From the NCBI GenBank assembly GCA_039794005.1, contig JBAMMA010000011.1, forward strand, positions 1 through 29,782: a DNA stretch of 29,782 nt, read 5' to 3'. The stretch comes from Thermoplasmata archaeon. GTDB lineage: Archaea > Thermoplasmatota > Thermoplasmata > Thermoplasmatales > ARK-15. The notes under the pieces are model-generated. The model was not told the DNA's origin. It worked only from the letters and a program-made list of their open reading frames with translations, and did not search any database. This document shows, in pieces, positions 1 to 9,181 of the stretch. Made by a program: the position numbers and the translations under genes. Position 1 is the first letter of the stretch. The number at the start of each line of letters is the position of its first letter.

Positions 1-42
1 AATCTTAAAACCGGCGAATATACGATTCAAAATCTTCAATAA
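1..42 (+). CDS. probable 3' end of an upstream gene (partial)
   Basis: Frame 1 reads NLKTGEYTIQNLQ* to TAA at 40-42 and is followed by a T-run; too short to identify. Confidence 0.35.
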   Translation, partial: NLKTGEYTIQNLQ

Positions 43-101
43 ATATTTTTTTAAAAACTTTTATAATCATCTTTTATATTTTCTTATTAAGTTATAATTT
101 T

Positions 102-174
102 GCAGGTGTGGTGTAGCTTGGCAGCACAAGAGCCTTCCAAGCTCTCGGCCCGGGTTCAAATCCCGGCACCTGCA
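102..174 (+). tRNA. tRNA-Gly (TCC)
   Basis: Acceptor stem GCAGGTG/CACCTGC; anticodon arm AGAGC-CTTCCAA-GCTCT (TCC at 136-138); T-arm CCGGG-TTCAAAT-CCCGG; no intron, CCA not encoded; TATA-like TTTTATAT at 72-79. Confidence 0.97.
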
Positions 175-238
175 TTCTTATTTATCCATTGAAATTAAAT
201 ATTATTTTGCATTATCCTATTTATAGGGAGGTAATTTT

Positions 239-1855
239 ATGAAATATGAGATACCATATCCCTCAAATGAGCCAATATTGAATTTTGCGAAAAATTCACC
301 GGAGAGAGAAAAGGTAAAAAAAGAGATGGATAAAATTCTTGATTCTTTCCTTGAAGTACCTTTGATAATAGGTGGCAAGGAAATAAAAACAGAAGATGAG
401 GTAAAGATAACATTGCCTCATGATAAAAATAAGGTTATAGGAGTTTATTATAAAGCTGGAAAAGAAGAGGCTGATATGTCCATTGAAGAGGCTTTAAAGG
501 CAAGGGAAAAGTGGGTAGAAATGCCTTGGGAACAGAGACTTTCGATATTTCTCAAAGCTGCTGAGCTTCTATCAAAAAAATACAGATATTACATGGATGC
601 CGTAGTTATGCTAATATTCAATAAAAATCCATACCAAGCTGAAATAGATATAGCAGAACTTATAGATTTCTGGAGGTTTAATCCATATTACGCACAAAAG
701 ATATTTGAAAATCAACCGTATTCTCCTACAGGAACTCTAAATAGAATGGAGTATAGGCCATTAGAAGGTTTTATATTTGCAATACCTCCATTTAATTTCC
801 TTTCGATAGATGGAAATCTACCTACTGCTCCGGCCATGGTAGGGAATGTTGTGGTATGGAAACCTCCAAACCAGGTTGTTTATGCAAATTACATTCTATA
901 TCAAATATTGAAAGAGGCTGGTCTTCCGGATGGAGTTATTAATTTCCTTCCTGGTGATTCTGGAAAGATTGGAGATTATATATTAAAAAATGAAAATTTA
1001 GCCGGGGTTCATTTTACAGGATCAACAATAACATTACAACATATATTTAGAGTGATAGGAGAAAATATACAAAATTACAAGGTTTATCCAAGGATTGTTG
1101 GTGAAAGTGGAGGAAAAGATTTTGTTTTTGTACACAAAAGTGCAGATATCAGAGAAGTATTGGTCGCATTGCTTAGAGGAGCATTCGAATATCAAGGACA
1201 AAAATGTTCTGCAGCTTCAAGGGCATATATACCAAAGTCAATATGGCCAATGCTAAAAGAAAGCTTTATAAATGAATTGAACAAGGTTACTATTGGGCCT
1301 CCTACAGACATGACTAATTTCATGAATGCAGTTATAGATTCATCCTCTTTCAAAAAGATATGCTATTATATAGATCAAGCTAGAAAGAATCCAGACAAAG
1401 CCTCAATAATTTATGGAGGAGAATGCGACGATTCCGTTGGCTATTTCATAAGGCCAACATTAATACAATGCTATGATCCTCAGTTTGTAACAATGAGGGA
1501 TGAAATATTTGGCCCAGTTTTATCGATTTACGTTTATGATGATGATAAATACGAAGAAACATTGGAATTATGCAATAATACTTCTGTTTATGGTTTAACT
1601 GGAAGCATATTTGCTAGGGATAGAGAAGCGATTATAATAGCTGAGAAAAAGTTAAGGGACGCTGCGGGCAATTTCTACATAAATGATAAGCCTACAGGGG
1701 CAATCGTGAATCAACAGCCATTTGGTGGAGCAAGGGCATCTGGAACAAACGACAAGGCTGGAAGTATGTGGAACATAATAAGATGGTTATCGCCAAGGGC
1801 GATAAAGGAGAACTTTAATCCACCTCTTGACTGGAGATATCCGTTCCAGGAATAA
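239..1855 (+). CDS. pruA: L-glutamate gamma-semialdehyde (P5C) dehydrogenase
   Basis: ALDH motifs PFNF, FTGS, GESGGK (catalytic Glu), GQKCSA (catalytic Cys), EIFGP, QQPFGGARASGTNDKAG; SD GGAGGT upstream. Confidence 0.95.
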   Translation: MKYEIPYPSNEPILNFAKNSPEREKVKKEMDKILDSFLEVPLIIGGKEIKTEDEVKITLPHDKNKVIGVYYKAGKEEADMSIEEALKAREKWVEMPWEQRLSIFLKAAELLSKKYRYYMDAVVMLIFNKNPYQAEIDIAELIDFWRFNPYYAQKIFENQPYSPTGTLNRMEYRPLEGFIFAIPPFNFLSIDGNLPTAPAMVGNVVVWKPPNQVVYANYILYQILKEAGLPDGVINFLPGDSGKIGDYILKNENLAGVHFTGSTITLQHIFRVIGENIQNYKVYPRIVGESGGKDFVFVHKSADIREVLVALLRGAFEYQGQKCSAASRAYIPKSIWPMLKESFINELNKVTIGPPTDMTNFMNAVIDSSSFKKICYYIDQARKNPDKASIIYGGECDDSVGYFIRPTLIQCYDPQFVTMRDEIFGPVLSIYVYDDDKYEETLELCNNTSVYGLTGSIFARDREAIIIAEKKLRDAAGNFYINDKPTGAIVNQQPFGGARASGTNDKAGSMWNIIRWLSPRAIKENFNPPLDWRYPFQE

Positions 1856-1889
1856 AATTTTTTATATTTAATTTTATTTTTTTATTTTG

Positions 1890-2360
1890 ATGATTTTAAT
1901 TGAAAAAGGAGTATCACCAATAGTATCAGAGATTCTGCTTATCATAATTTCAACGTTATTGGTAACTGGTATAATATTTTGGGGCATGGATATTTTAAAT
2001 AATTCACATCTAAATGGAAAAATTAATTATATGAATTTTATGTTGAATGAAAACAGATATAATATTTCATTGATTGTTGTTTCTGGAAATATTAGTGTGC
2101 CATTTGTTATTTACATAACGAATTTTAATAATGTATCGGTGAAAATTAACATATATGATTTATCGATTTTAAATTATTCTCTTAATTTATATGGGAAAAA
2201 TTTGACAATGTACATTTTTTCATTAAATAGATATTATTTAACTGGTGGAGATTACATAACATTCATAAACATTTATAGTTTATTAAAACAAAATGAGATT
2301 AATGAATTACATTTCATTATATTATATGATAATAAAATGATTGTAAATCAGTTATTGTAA
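1890..2360 (+). CDS. archaeal type IV pilin-like protein
   Basis: Class III signal peptide EKG|VSPIVSEILLIIISTLLV followed by an Asn-rich, beta-type domain; ATG at 1890 (track starts at TTG 1887). Confidence 0.75.
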   Translation: MILIEKGVSPIVSEILLIIISTLLVTGIIFWGMDILNNSHLNGKINYMNFMLNENRYNISLIVVSGNISVPFVIYITNFNNVSVKINIYDLSILNYSLNLYGKNLTMYIFSLNRYYLTGGDYITFINIYSLLKQNEINELHFIILYDNKMIVNQLL

Positions 2361-2434
2361 AAATATTTAAACATAAAAACGATATCCAATAAAATTAAAA
2401 TATCGAAATATATACATAATAGAAGGTGCAGAAA

Positions 2435-2821
2435 ATGGTGAATTTCAAAGTTGTCATATCCGATCCAAAAACTGGTAAAACATTTCAAAAGGAATTAGAG
2501 GAAGAGAAATCGAATATATTTATAGGCAAAAAGATAGGGGATATTGTAGACGCTACACCATTAGAAATGGAAGGTTATAAATTAAAGATTACTGGAGGAT
2601 CAGATAAAGACGGTTTTCCTATGTCCCCATTTATCCCGGGTGGTGTAAGAAAGGCAGTAATATTAACAAAGGGTTTTGGATTCCACCCAAAGAAAAAGGG
2701 TCTTAGGAAGAAGAAATTATTACGTGGAAACACAATAACTCACGAAATTGTGCAGATAAATACTGTTGTATATGAATATGGAGCAAAACCCTTTGAAGAA
2801 TATATGCCTAAGAAGGAATAA
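2435..2821 (+). CDS. rps6e: 30S ribosomal protein S6e
   Basis: KVVISDPKTG, KITGGSDKDGFPM, RGN..I.QIN motifs; ATG 2435 follows GAAGGTG (track starts at 2426). Confidence 0.96.
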   Translation: MVNFKVVISDPKTGKTFQKELEEEKSNIFIGKKIGDIVDATPLEMEGYKLKITGGSDKDGFPMSPFIPGGVRKAVILTKGFGFHPKKKGLRKKKLLRGNTITHEIVQINTVVYEYGAKPFEEYMPKKE

Positions 2822-2826
2822 ATACC

Positions 2827-4056
2827 ATGACAGTAATGCCTAGACAACCAGAAGTAAATATCGGAATGGTTGGCCATGTAGATCATGGAAAAACAACCTT
2901 AACAAAAGCAATAACTGGCGTTTTTACAGACACCTATACAGAAGAAATAAAAAGAGGGATATCAATAAAACTTGGTTATGCAGATGCTGCTTTTTATAAA
3001 TGCGTGGAAAATGGAAATGAAAGATACATGAGCCATGTAAATCTTGATTGTAAAGGGGAATTGACACTAAGTAGGGTTGTCTCATTTGTAGATTCTCCTG
3101 GCCATGAGAGTTTAATGGCAACAATGCTCTCAGGCGCTGCAATAATGAATGGTGCATTGTTGTTGGTAGCAGCAAACCAACCTGCACCAAGGCCTCAAAC
3201 AAAAGAACATTTAAAGGCATTGGAAATTGTTGGCGTTTCTCAGATAATAATAGTACAAAACAAGATAGATATTGTAACAGAGGAGAGAGCGAGGCAAAAT
3301 TACAATGAAATAAAGAATTTTGTAAAAGGAACAATAGCCGAAAATGCGCCAATAATTCCTGTTAGTGCACAGAGGAATATAAATATAGACATTTTAATTG
3401 AAGGAATTGAAAAGATCATTAAAACGCCAGAACTGGATGTAAGCAAACCACCAAGAATGTATGTAGCAAGATCTTTTGATGTAAATAAACCTGGCACATT
3501 TCCAGACAAACTGGTTGGTGGTGTTTTGGGAGGTTCTTTGATACAAGGTGTATTCCACGTTGGCGATGAGATTGAGATATCACCTGGAATTCAAGTTTCC
3601 CAAAAAGGTAAAACTACATGGGAGCCTCTTTATGCAAATATAGTATCATTATATTCAGGAGGTAGGAGTTGGGAATCTGTAAGACCGGGAGGTCTTGTCG
3701 CAATAGGAACAAAGCTAGATCCATCATTGACTAAACAGGATGGTCTAACAGGAAGAATGGTAGGAAAACCTGGAACATTACCTGAGTTGATGATGGATAT
3801 AACCATAGACATCCATTTACTTGAATACGTTGTAGGTCATATTGAAGAGATGAAGGTAGATAAGATAAAAACAAATGAAACTTTAATGTTAAACGTTGGT
3901 ACTACAACAACGGTTGGTGTGGTAAGAAGCGCTAGAGGTGATGTGGCAGACATTTCTTTAAAATATCCGGTGATTGGAGAGAAAAATCAAAGGGTTGCGA
4001 TAAGCAGAAAAATACAGAATAGATGGAGATTGATAGGCTACGGAATAATTAAATAA
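2827..4056 (+). CDS. eif2g: translation initiation factor 2 gamma subunit
   Basis: QPEVNIGMVGHVDHGKTT, RGISIKLGY, DSPGHE, NKID, C-terminal RWRLIGYG; conserved position after rps6e. Confidence 0.98.
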   Translation: MTVMPRQPEVNIGMVGHVDHGKTTLTKAITGVFTDTYTEEIKRGISIKLGYADAAFYKCVENGNERYMSHVNLDCKGELTLSRVVSFVDSPGHESLMATMLSGAAIMNGALLLVAANQPAPRPQTKEHLKALEIVGVSQIIIVQNKIDIVTEERARQNYNEIKNFVKGTIAENAPIIPVSAQRNINIDILIEGIEKIIKTPELDVSKPPRMYVARSFDVNKPGTFPDKLVGGVLGGSLIQGVFHVGDEIEISPGIQVSQKGKTTWEPLYANIVSLYSGGRSWESVRPGGLVAIGTKLDPSLTKQDGLTGRMVGKPGTLPELMMDITIDIHLLEYVVGHIEEMKVDKIKTNETLMLNVGTTTTVGVVRSARGDVADISLKYPVIGEKNQRVAISRKIQNRWRLIGYGIIK

Positions 4057-4644
4057 TTAAATTTCAAATTTCTTTTGTGTCTGTTTTTGAACCGTAAACT
4101 TTTGAAGATTGAATCCCTTTTTTAATATTTTAATAAGGATTTCTACAATAATATCATCATACTCTTTTTTAGGCATGTAAAATGGAGAATTTTTCTGAAC
4201 ATTAAAACCCATGGAATTTAGTTGGTCAATAAGAAATTTTCTATCTTCGTATGATACTTTTTCAGCATACTTTATATTTGAAGACTTGCATTTTTCTACT
4301 TCCCATTTCATTACTGGTCTATCGAAAAGCTTGTTTAATATGTAAATACAGAGATCGCCATTTTCAGGATGTGAACTAATTACATCGCCAATAATATCAT
4401 ATATCGTATTTTCCTTCTCATTTGAAACTGTGTAGAGTTTTGAGGGAAGAATTTCCTTTTCCTTAAGATATCCTAAATCTCTTAAAGCCTGTAAATAACC
4501 AGTTAATACAAGCCTATGAATTTTTATTCCCTTTTCGTTAATTTTCTTTTCAATTTTAGAAATGCTCATTTCATCTGATGATAACAGTATCATTATAATA
4601 TCCTTTAAAGTTGAAAATGTGTTAATTTTTTCATCATTTTCCAT
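4057..4644 (-). CDS. winged-helix DNA-binding hypothetical protein
   Basis: N-terminal wHTH pattern (SISKIEKKI...HRLVLTGYLQALRDLGYLKEKEILPSKLY); divergent from polB. Confidence 0.7.
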   Translation of the reverse strand: MENDEKINTFSTLKDIIMILLSSDEMSISKIEKKINEKGIKIHRLVLTGYLQALRDLGYLKEKEILPSKLYTVSNEKENTIYDIIGDVISSHPENGDLCIYILNKLFDRPVMKWEVEKCKSSNIKYAEKVSYEDRKFLIDQLNSMGFNVQKNSPFYMPKKEYDDIIVEILIKILKKGFNLQKFTVQKQTQKKFEI

Positions 4645-4805
4645 GCAAAATTATAAAAACAAATATTCTATAAAATTATTTTGTTTTTTTCATCCACATT
4701 TTAATTTATAAATTTTTATTGGATATAAAAATAATTGGTAATTTAAAAATATTTATGATTAAAATTAACGTTAATGTTAAATTGTAGAAATTGTTTTTTA
4801 TATAT

Positions 4806-7184
4806 ATGAGAAAAAGGTTAAGGATTCTTTCCGGGTCCTATGACAGAACAGATGAAAAAAATGTTGTTGTAGAATTGTTCGGGAAAACTGAAGACGGAAA
4901 AAGTATAGTCGTTAGATACAAAGGTTTTAAACCATATTTTTACGTCGTTGAACCTCCTGAAATTTTAATTAACAGGTGGAAAAATGACCCGGAAATAATA
5001 AAAATGGAAGATGTAGAATTGTATGTTTCAGGCCAAAATAGAAAATGTAAAAAAATAACTCTCCATAGTCCATGGAAGGTTCCAGATTATAGAAAGGAGG
5101 CACAGAAATACACCATGGTTTTAGCGGCTGACATACCATTTCACCATAGGTTTATTTACGATTTTGACCTAGCCGCATGCATAGAAGTTGAAGGGGAGGA
5201 AATAAAGAGCGATAGATACTCCGTTGACCTTGTAATTGATGCAAAAGAGATAAAAAACACTGAACCTTTTTATCCTGATTTAAAGATCATGTCTATAGAT
5301 ATTGAAAATTCTCTGAATAGCAATAGAATATATACTATAGGAATATCTATTTATCAAAATGGTAATTTTAGAAATTTGCACATTGAGGGAATTAACAATT
5401 ATGAAATATTGAAATCATTAAGGGAGTTAATTTTAAAGGAAGATCCAGATGTTATTACAGGTTATAACATAGATGGTTATGATTTACCATTTATTTTAAA
5501 TGTTGCAAAAGAGGAGAAGTTAGATTTGGATATTGGAAGAGATCATTCCAAACCACAAAGAATCATGGGACAATTTTGGAGAATACACGGTAGAATCGTA
5601 GCCGATGCGTGGTGGAACGTAAAAAGGCAAATAAGGCCAAAACAGGAAACTTTGAATGCCGTTGCAAAACAACTTTTGGGGGAAGAAAAACTTGATGTTG
5701 ATAGAACTAAAATGGATGATGAATGGAAAAACAATAAAGAAAAGGTTATTGAATATTGCATGAAGGATGCTGAATTGGCATTAAAAATTCTTTTAAAGAT
5801 TAACGTTCTTAAGAAGTATCAAGATCTGTCTGTAGTAAGTAAACTGCCTTTGGATGATGTAATGAACTCCGGTGCATCTACGCTGGTCGATTCATTATTG
5901 ATCAGGGAAGCTGACAGAAAAAATATTGGAGTTCCATTGATGAAAGGTGTAGAGGAAGAATCGGAGGAGGAAAAAATTGAGGGAGGGTATGTTCACACCA
6001 TAGAACCTGGACTCTACCACTGGGTAATAGTTTTGGATTTTAAATCAATGTATCCATCCATAATTATAAAATACAATATATGTTTCACAACATTGAGCAA
6101 GGATGGAGAGATTGTAGCACCAAACGGTGTAAGATATCTATCTAAAAATATAAAGGAGGGAATAATACCCAGCATATTAAGAAATTTAATGGAACAAAGA
6201 GATGAAATTAAAATGAAGATGAAAAGTGCACCTGAAGATTTAAAAAATTATTATGACGGCCTTCAACTGGCCATTAAAATTTTGATGAATTCGTTCTATG
6301 GCGTTTTAGCCTCTTCATTTTATAGATTTACAAATAAGGAGATTGGTTCCAGTATAACTGCATTTGCAAGAGAAACTGTAAAAAGTGTAATTAGGGATTT
6401 GGAATCTAGAAATCTTAAAGTCATATATGGAGATACAGACAGCGTATTTTTCCAAAGTATATATAATAATTTGGAAAAATCGGTGGAATTTGGTGAAAAA
6501 ATTGCCGAGGAAATTTCAAATAAGTTGAATCTCGTATTTGAATTCGAAGAAATTTTAGAACCTTTCTTTTCCCACGGCGCAAAAAAGAGATATGTTGGAA
6601 AGATAGTTTATCCTCCGGAAAATGCCGGGCAGATCATTGTCAGGGGTTATGAAACAAGGAGAACTGATAGCTTTGACTTGCAAAGCGAAATTTTAATGGA
6701 AATATTCACGTTGCTTTTAGATGGAAAAATTGAGGAGGCAAAGAAAAGGGCAATGGAAATAATTGAAAAAACTAAAAAAGGCGAAGTGCCAATTGAAAAA
6801 TTGGTAATTTCAAGATCAGTGAGGGCATTGGATGAATATAAGAATCCAGATTCAATGCCAAATGTTCAGGCCGCTAAGAAAATGATGTTAATGGGATATC
6901 AAATAGTACCTGGAATGAAGGTATCATGGATCGTTACAAATGATAGAAAGAAACCGCAAGAGGTAGAACCATATATTCCTGGGAAACCGTTTACAAAAAG
7001 ACCAGATTATGAATATTACGCAAGGAGAATGGCTGAAACATTATCAAGAATTACTGAGGTTTTTGATATTGATTCTAATGCTCTGTATTCTAAGAAAAAG
7101 CAAACTACATTATTTGAAAGTATTGAAAGAAAAGAAAATGAAAATAGGCCAAAAAAATCTGGCACATTGGATGATTATTTATGA
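4806..7184 (+). CDS. polB: family B DNA polymerase (PolB3-type), no intein
   Basis: Exonuclease motifs DIE, GYNIDGYD, YCMKDA; polymerase motifs DFKSMYPS, KILMNSFYG, YGDTDS, KKRY; ATG at 4806 (track starts at TTG 4791). Confidence 0.97.
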   Translation: MRKRLRILSGSYDRTDEKNVVVELFGKTEDGKSIVVRYKGFKPYFYVVEPPEILINRWKNDPEIIKMEDVELYVSGQNRKCKKITLHSPWKVPDYRKEAQKYTMVLAADIPFHHRFIYDFDLAACIEVEGEEIKSDRYSVDLVIDAKEIKNTEPFYPDLKIMSIDIENSLNSNRIYTIGISIYQNGNFRNLHIEGINNYEILKSLRELILKEDPDVITGYNIDGYDLPFILNVAKEEKLDLDIGRDHSKPQRIMGQFWRIHGRIVADAWWNVKRQIRPKQETLNAVAKQLLGEEKLDVDRTKMDDEWKNNKEKVIEYCMKDAELALKILLKINVLKKYQDLSVVSKLPLDDVMNSGASTLVDSLLIREADRKNIGVPLMKGVEEESEEEKIEGGYVHTIEPGLYHWVIVLDFKSMYPSIIIKYNICFTTLSKDGEIVAPNGVRYLSKNIKEGIIPSILRNLMEQRDEIKMKMKSAPEDLKNYYDGLQLAIKILMNSFYGVLASSFYRFTNKEIGSSITAFARETVKSVIRDLESRNLKVIYGDTDSVFFQSIYNNLEKSVEFGEKIAEEISNKLNLVFEFEEILEPFFSHGAKKRYVGKIVYPPENAGQIIVRGYETRRTDSFDLQSEILMEIFTLLLDGKIEEAKKRAMEIIEKTKKGEVPIEKLVISRSVRALDEYKNPDSMPNVQAAKKMMLMGYQIVPGMKVSWIVTNDRKKPQEVEPYIPGKPFTKRPDYEYYARRMAETLSRITEVFDIDSNALYSKKKQTTLFESIERKENENRPKKSGTLDDYL

Positions 7185-7775
7185 TTTACTTAAAAGCACG
7201 AATATTCTTTCAATTGAAGAGATAATATTTCCAGATGTTATGAAAAAATAGGATAATTGTTCCAGGGTATTTGGATCTAAATCCTTTTCATTTTTATATA
7301 TTTCTATTAATATATTTCTGTTGATTTTATGTAATTCTGATGAATTTTTTAAAATTGATGCCATTTTTTCATCTTCAATTTCCTGGAAAATGTATTGAAT
7401 TGATGATATTAAATCTTCTATACTATTAAAAAACATTTTGAATGTATCATCCTTAAAAATGTTTGAAATTCTGAAAGGGATAGGTCTTTTTATGATATCT
7501 ATACCCAGGAAATATATCATATCAATTATATTTAAAATCTCATTATAAATTATTATATGTTTGATTAAATTTGAACTTCCTCTCCCCTTTATTTTTAAAG
7601 AAACTATGTTTGAATATACCCTTTCCCTTATAGTAGAAATGTTATCTATAACATTTTGTAATTCCTTATAATTCATATTCAATATTATATCATAAATATT
7701 TGAATATACCTTTGATAAATTTGAAAAAACATCATTAAACATTGATTCTTCATCATCTCTTCTTTTCAATGCCAT
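7179..7775 (-). CDS. hypothetical all-helical protein, possibly PhoU-like
   Basis: 198-aa ORF with two amphipathic helical halves each ending in a similar pattern (NEILNIIDMI / GNIISSIERI); family call is weak. Confidence 0.5.
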   Translation of the reverse strand: MALKRRDDEESMFNDVFSNLSKVYSNIYDIILNMNYKELQNVIDNISTIRERVYSNIVSLKIKGRGSSNLIKHIIIYNEILNIIDMIYFLGIDIIKRPIPFRISNIFKDDTFKMFFNSIEDLISSIQYIFQEIEDEKMASILKNSSELHKINRNILIEIYKNEKDLDPNTLEQLSYFFITSGNIISSIERIFVLLSKS

Positions 7776-7851
7776 GTTATTATTATTGAATACTAGGATA
7801 TAATCTTTTATTATTTCATAAAATTAATTTATTAAAAAAATTTTATCATTG

Positions 7852-8334
7852 ATGATGAAGATTGAAATAGATGGTTGGCAGGTAAACATTAGATTTTCAT
7901 CTTCACACTTTATACCTTACCATGGAAAATGTTCAAGAATGCATGGACATGATTATGCGATAAGAATGGTAATAGAGGGAGATCTAGGAGAAGATTTTAT
8001 GCTTTTGGATTTCGTTGAAACAAAGAAAATATTGAGAGAGATAGTGGATTATCTTGATCACCATGTTTTGGTACCAACAAAATCAAAGGAAGTAGATGTT
8101 AATGAAGTGGAGGCAAAGGTATTGATATCCTTTGAAGATAAGGATTACGTTATACCCATTGACGATGTCGTTTATCTGGATATTGAATCTACAACAGCCG
8201 AAAAATTGTCTGAATATATTTTAAATAAATTGTTGGAGAAAATTAATATACCCAAAAATATCAAAAAATTAACTTTATGTGTTGATGAAGGCCCTGGCCA
8301 GGGTGCATGCTATGAAAAGGTGTTATACAAATGA
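7852..8334 (+). CDS. queD: 6-carboxy-5,6,7,8-tetrahydropterin synthase
   Basis: FSSSH, CSRMHGHDY, LDH, TTAE and C-terminal DEGPG motifs; ATGA overlap with queC. Confidence 0.92.
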   Translation: MMKIEIDGWQVNIRFSSSHFIPYHGKCSRMHGHDYAIRMVIEGDLGEDFMLLDFVETKKILREIVDYLDHHVLVPTKSKEVDVNEVEAKVLISFEDKDYVIPIDDVVYLDIESTTAEKLSEYILNKLLEKINIPKNIKKLTLCVDEGPGQGACYEKVLYK

Positions 8335-9041
8335 AAGCAGTATCCCTTCTTTCAGGAGGTCTTGATTCAACTACTGCCTTGGCAATTGCATTATCAGAAG
8401 GATATCAAGTATATCCATTAACAATAACATATGGCCAAAGACATAATAAAGAGATTGAAAGTGCCAAGAAAATTTCAGAATATTATGGTTTGAATTTAAA
8501 AATAGTTTATGTCGATTTGAGAAATATTGGAGGTTCTGCACTCACTGACAATATAAAAGTTCCAGAGAATAAAATTGAAGAAATCGGGAAAGAAATTCCT
8601 GTTACATATGTTCCTGCAAGGAATACAATATTCCTATCAATAGCCCTTGGATATGCTGAGGTGATTGATGCTGAAAAAATATTCATCGGTGTGAATGCTC
8701 TCGATTATTCCGGGTATCCAGACTGCAGACCTGAATATATAAATGAATTTAATAAACTTGCAAAGCTTGCAACAAAAGCTGGAGTAGAGGGAAAAAACAT
8801 TGAGGTTGTTGCCCCCCTTATAAACATGTCAAAGGCAGAAATAATTAAAAAAGGCATGGAATTGAATGTTCCATATCACCTAACATGGTCTTGCTACAAT
8901 GGTCGTGAAAAAGCTTGCGGCAAATGCGATTCATGCTTGTTGAGATTAAAGGGATTTATGGAAGCAGGTTATGAAGATCCTTTGGAATATGAATATTACC
9001 CAGAATTCTATTTAAAATATTTAAAGGGGAAGAGAAAATGA
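8331..9041 (+). CDS. queC: 7-cyano-7-deazaguanine (preQ0) synthase
   Basis: SGGLDST PP-loop, YGQRH, TYVPARN, GYPDCR, SCY...CGKCDSC zinc site. Confidence 0.97.
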   Translation: MKAVSLLSGGLDSTTALAIALSEGYQVYPLTITYGQRHNKEIESAKKISEYYGLNLKIVYVDLRNIGGSALTDNIKVPENKIEEIGKEIPVTYVPARNTIFLSIALGYAEVIDAEKIFIGVNALDYSGYPDCRPEYINEFNKLAKLATKAGVEGKNIEVVAPLINMSKAEIIKKGMELNVPYHLTWSCYNGREKACGKCDSCLLRLKGFMEAGYEDPLEYEYYPEFYLKYLKGKRK

Positions 9042-9181
9042 TGGTTGATTTATGCTATATATGTGGAAGACCTGCGCTTCATAGATGCAAATTGTGTGGG
9101 AATGCCGTATGTGATTTACATTACGTTCCTGAATTAGGTTTATGTGTTAAATGCGCATCAAGGTATGGGAAGAGATTTTAA
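9038..9181 (+). CDS. small Cys-rich zinc-finger protein, 47 aa (not in ORF track)
   Basis: Manual translation MMVDLCYICGRPALHRCKLCGNAVCDLHYVPELGLCVKCASRYGKRF*: CxxC, CxxC, CxxH, CxxC; ATGA overlap with queC stop. Confidence 0.85.
   Translation: MMVDLCYICGRPALHRCKLCGNAVCDLHYVPELGLCVKCASRYGKRF

Noticed and set aside
4718-4745. ATTGGATATAA resembling an archaeal dif left arm as I recall it
   Set aside because: No matching right arm after a 6-bp spacer; AT-rich promoter context
7852-9041. queD-queC as part of a 7-deazaguanine DNA modification (dpd) defence island
   Set aside because: No dpdA/tgt-like or other dpd genes in the window; preQ0 supply for archaeosine is the simpler explanation
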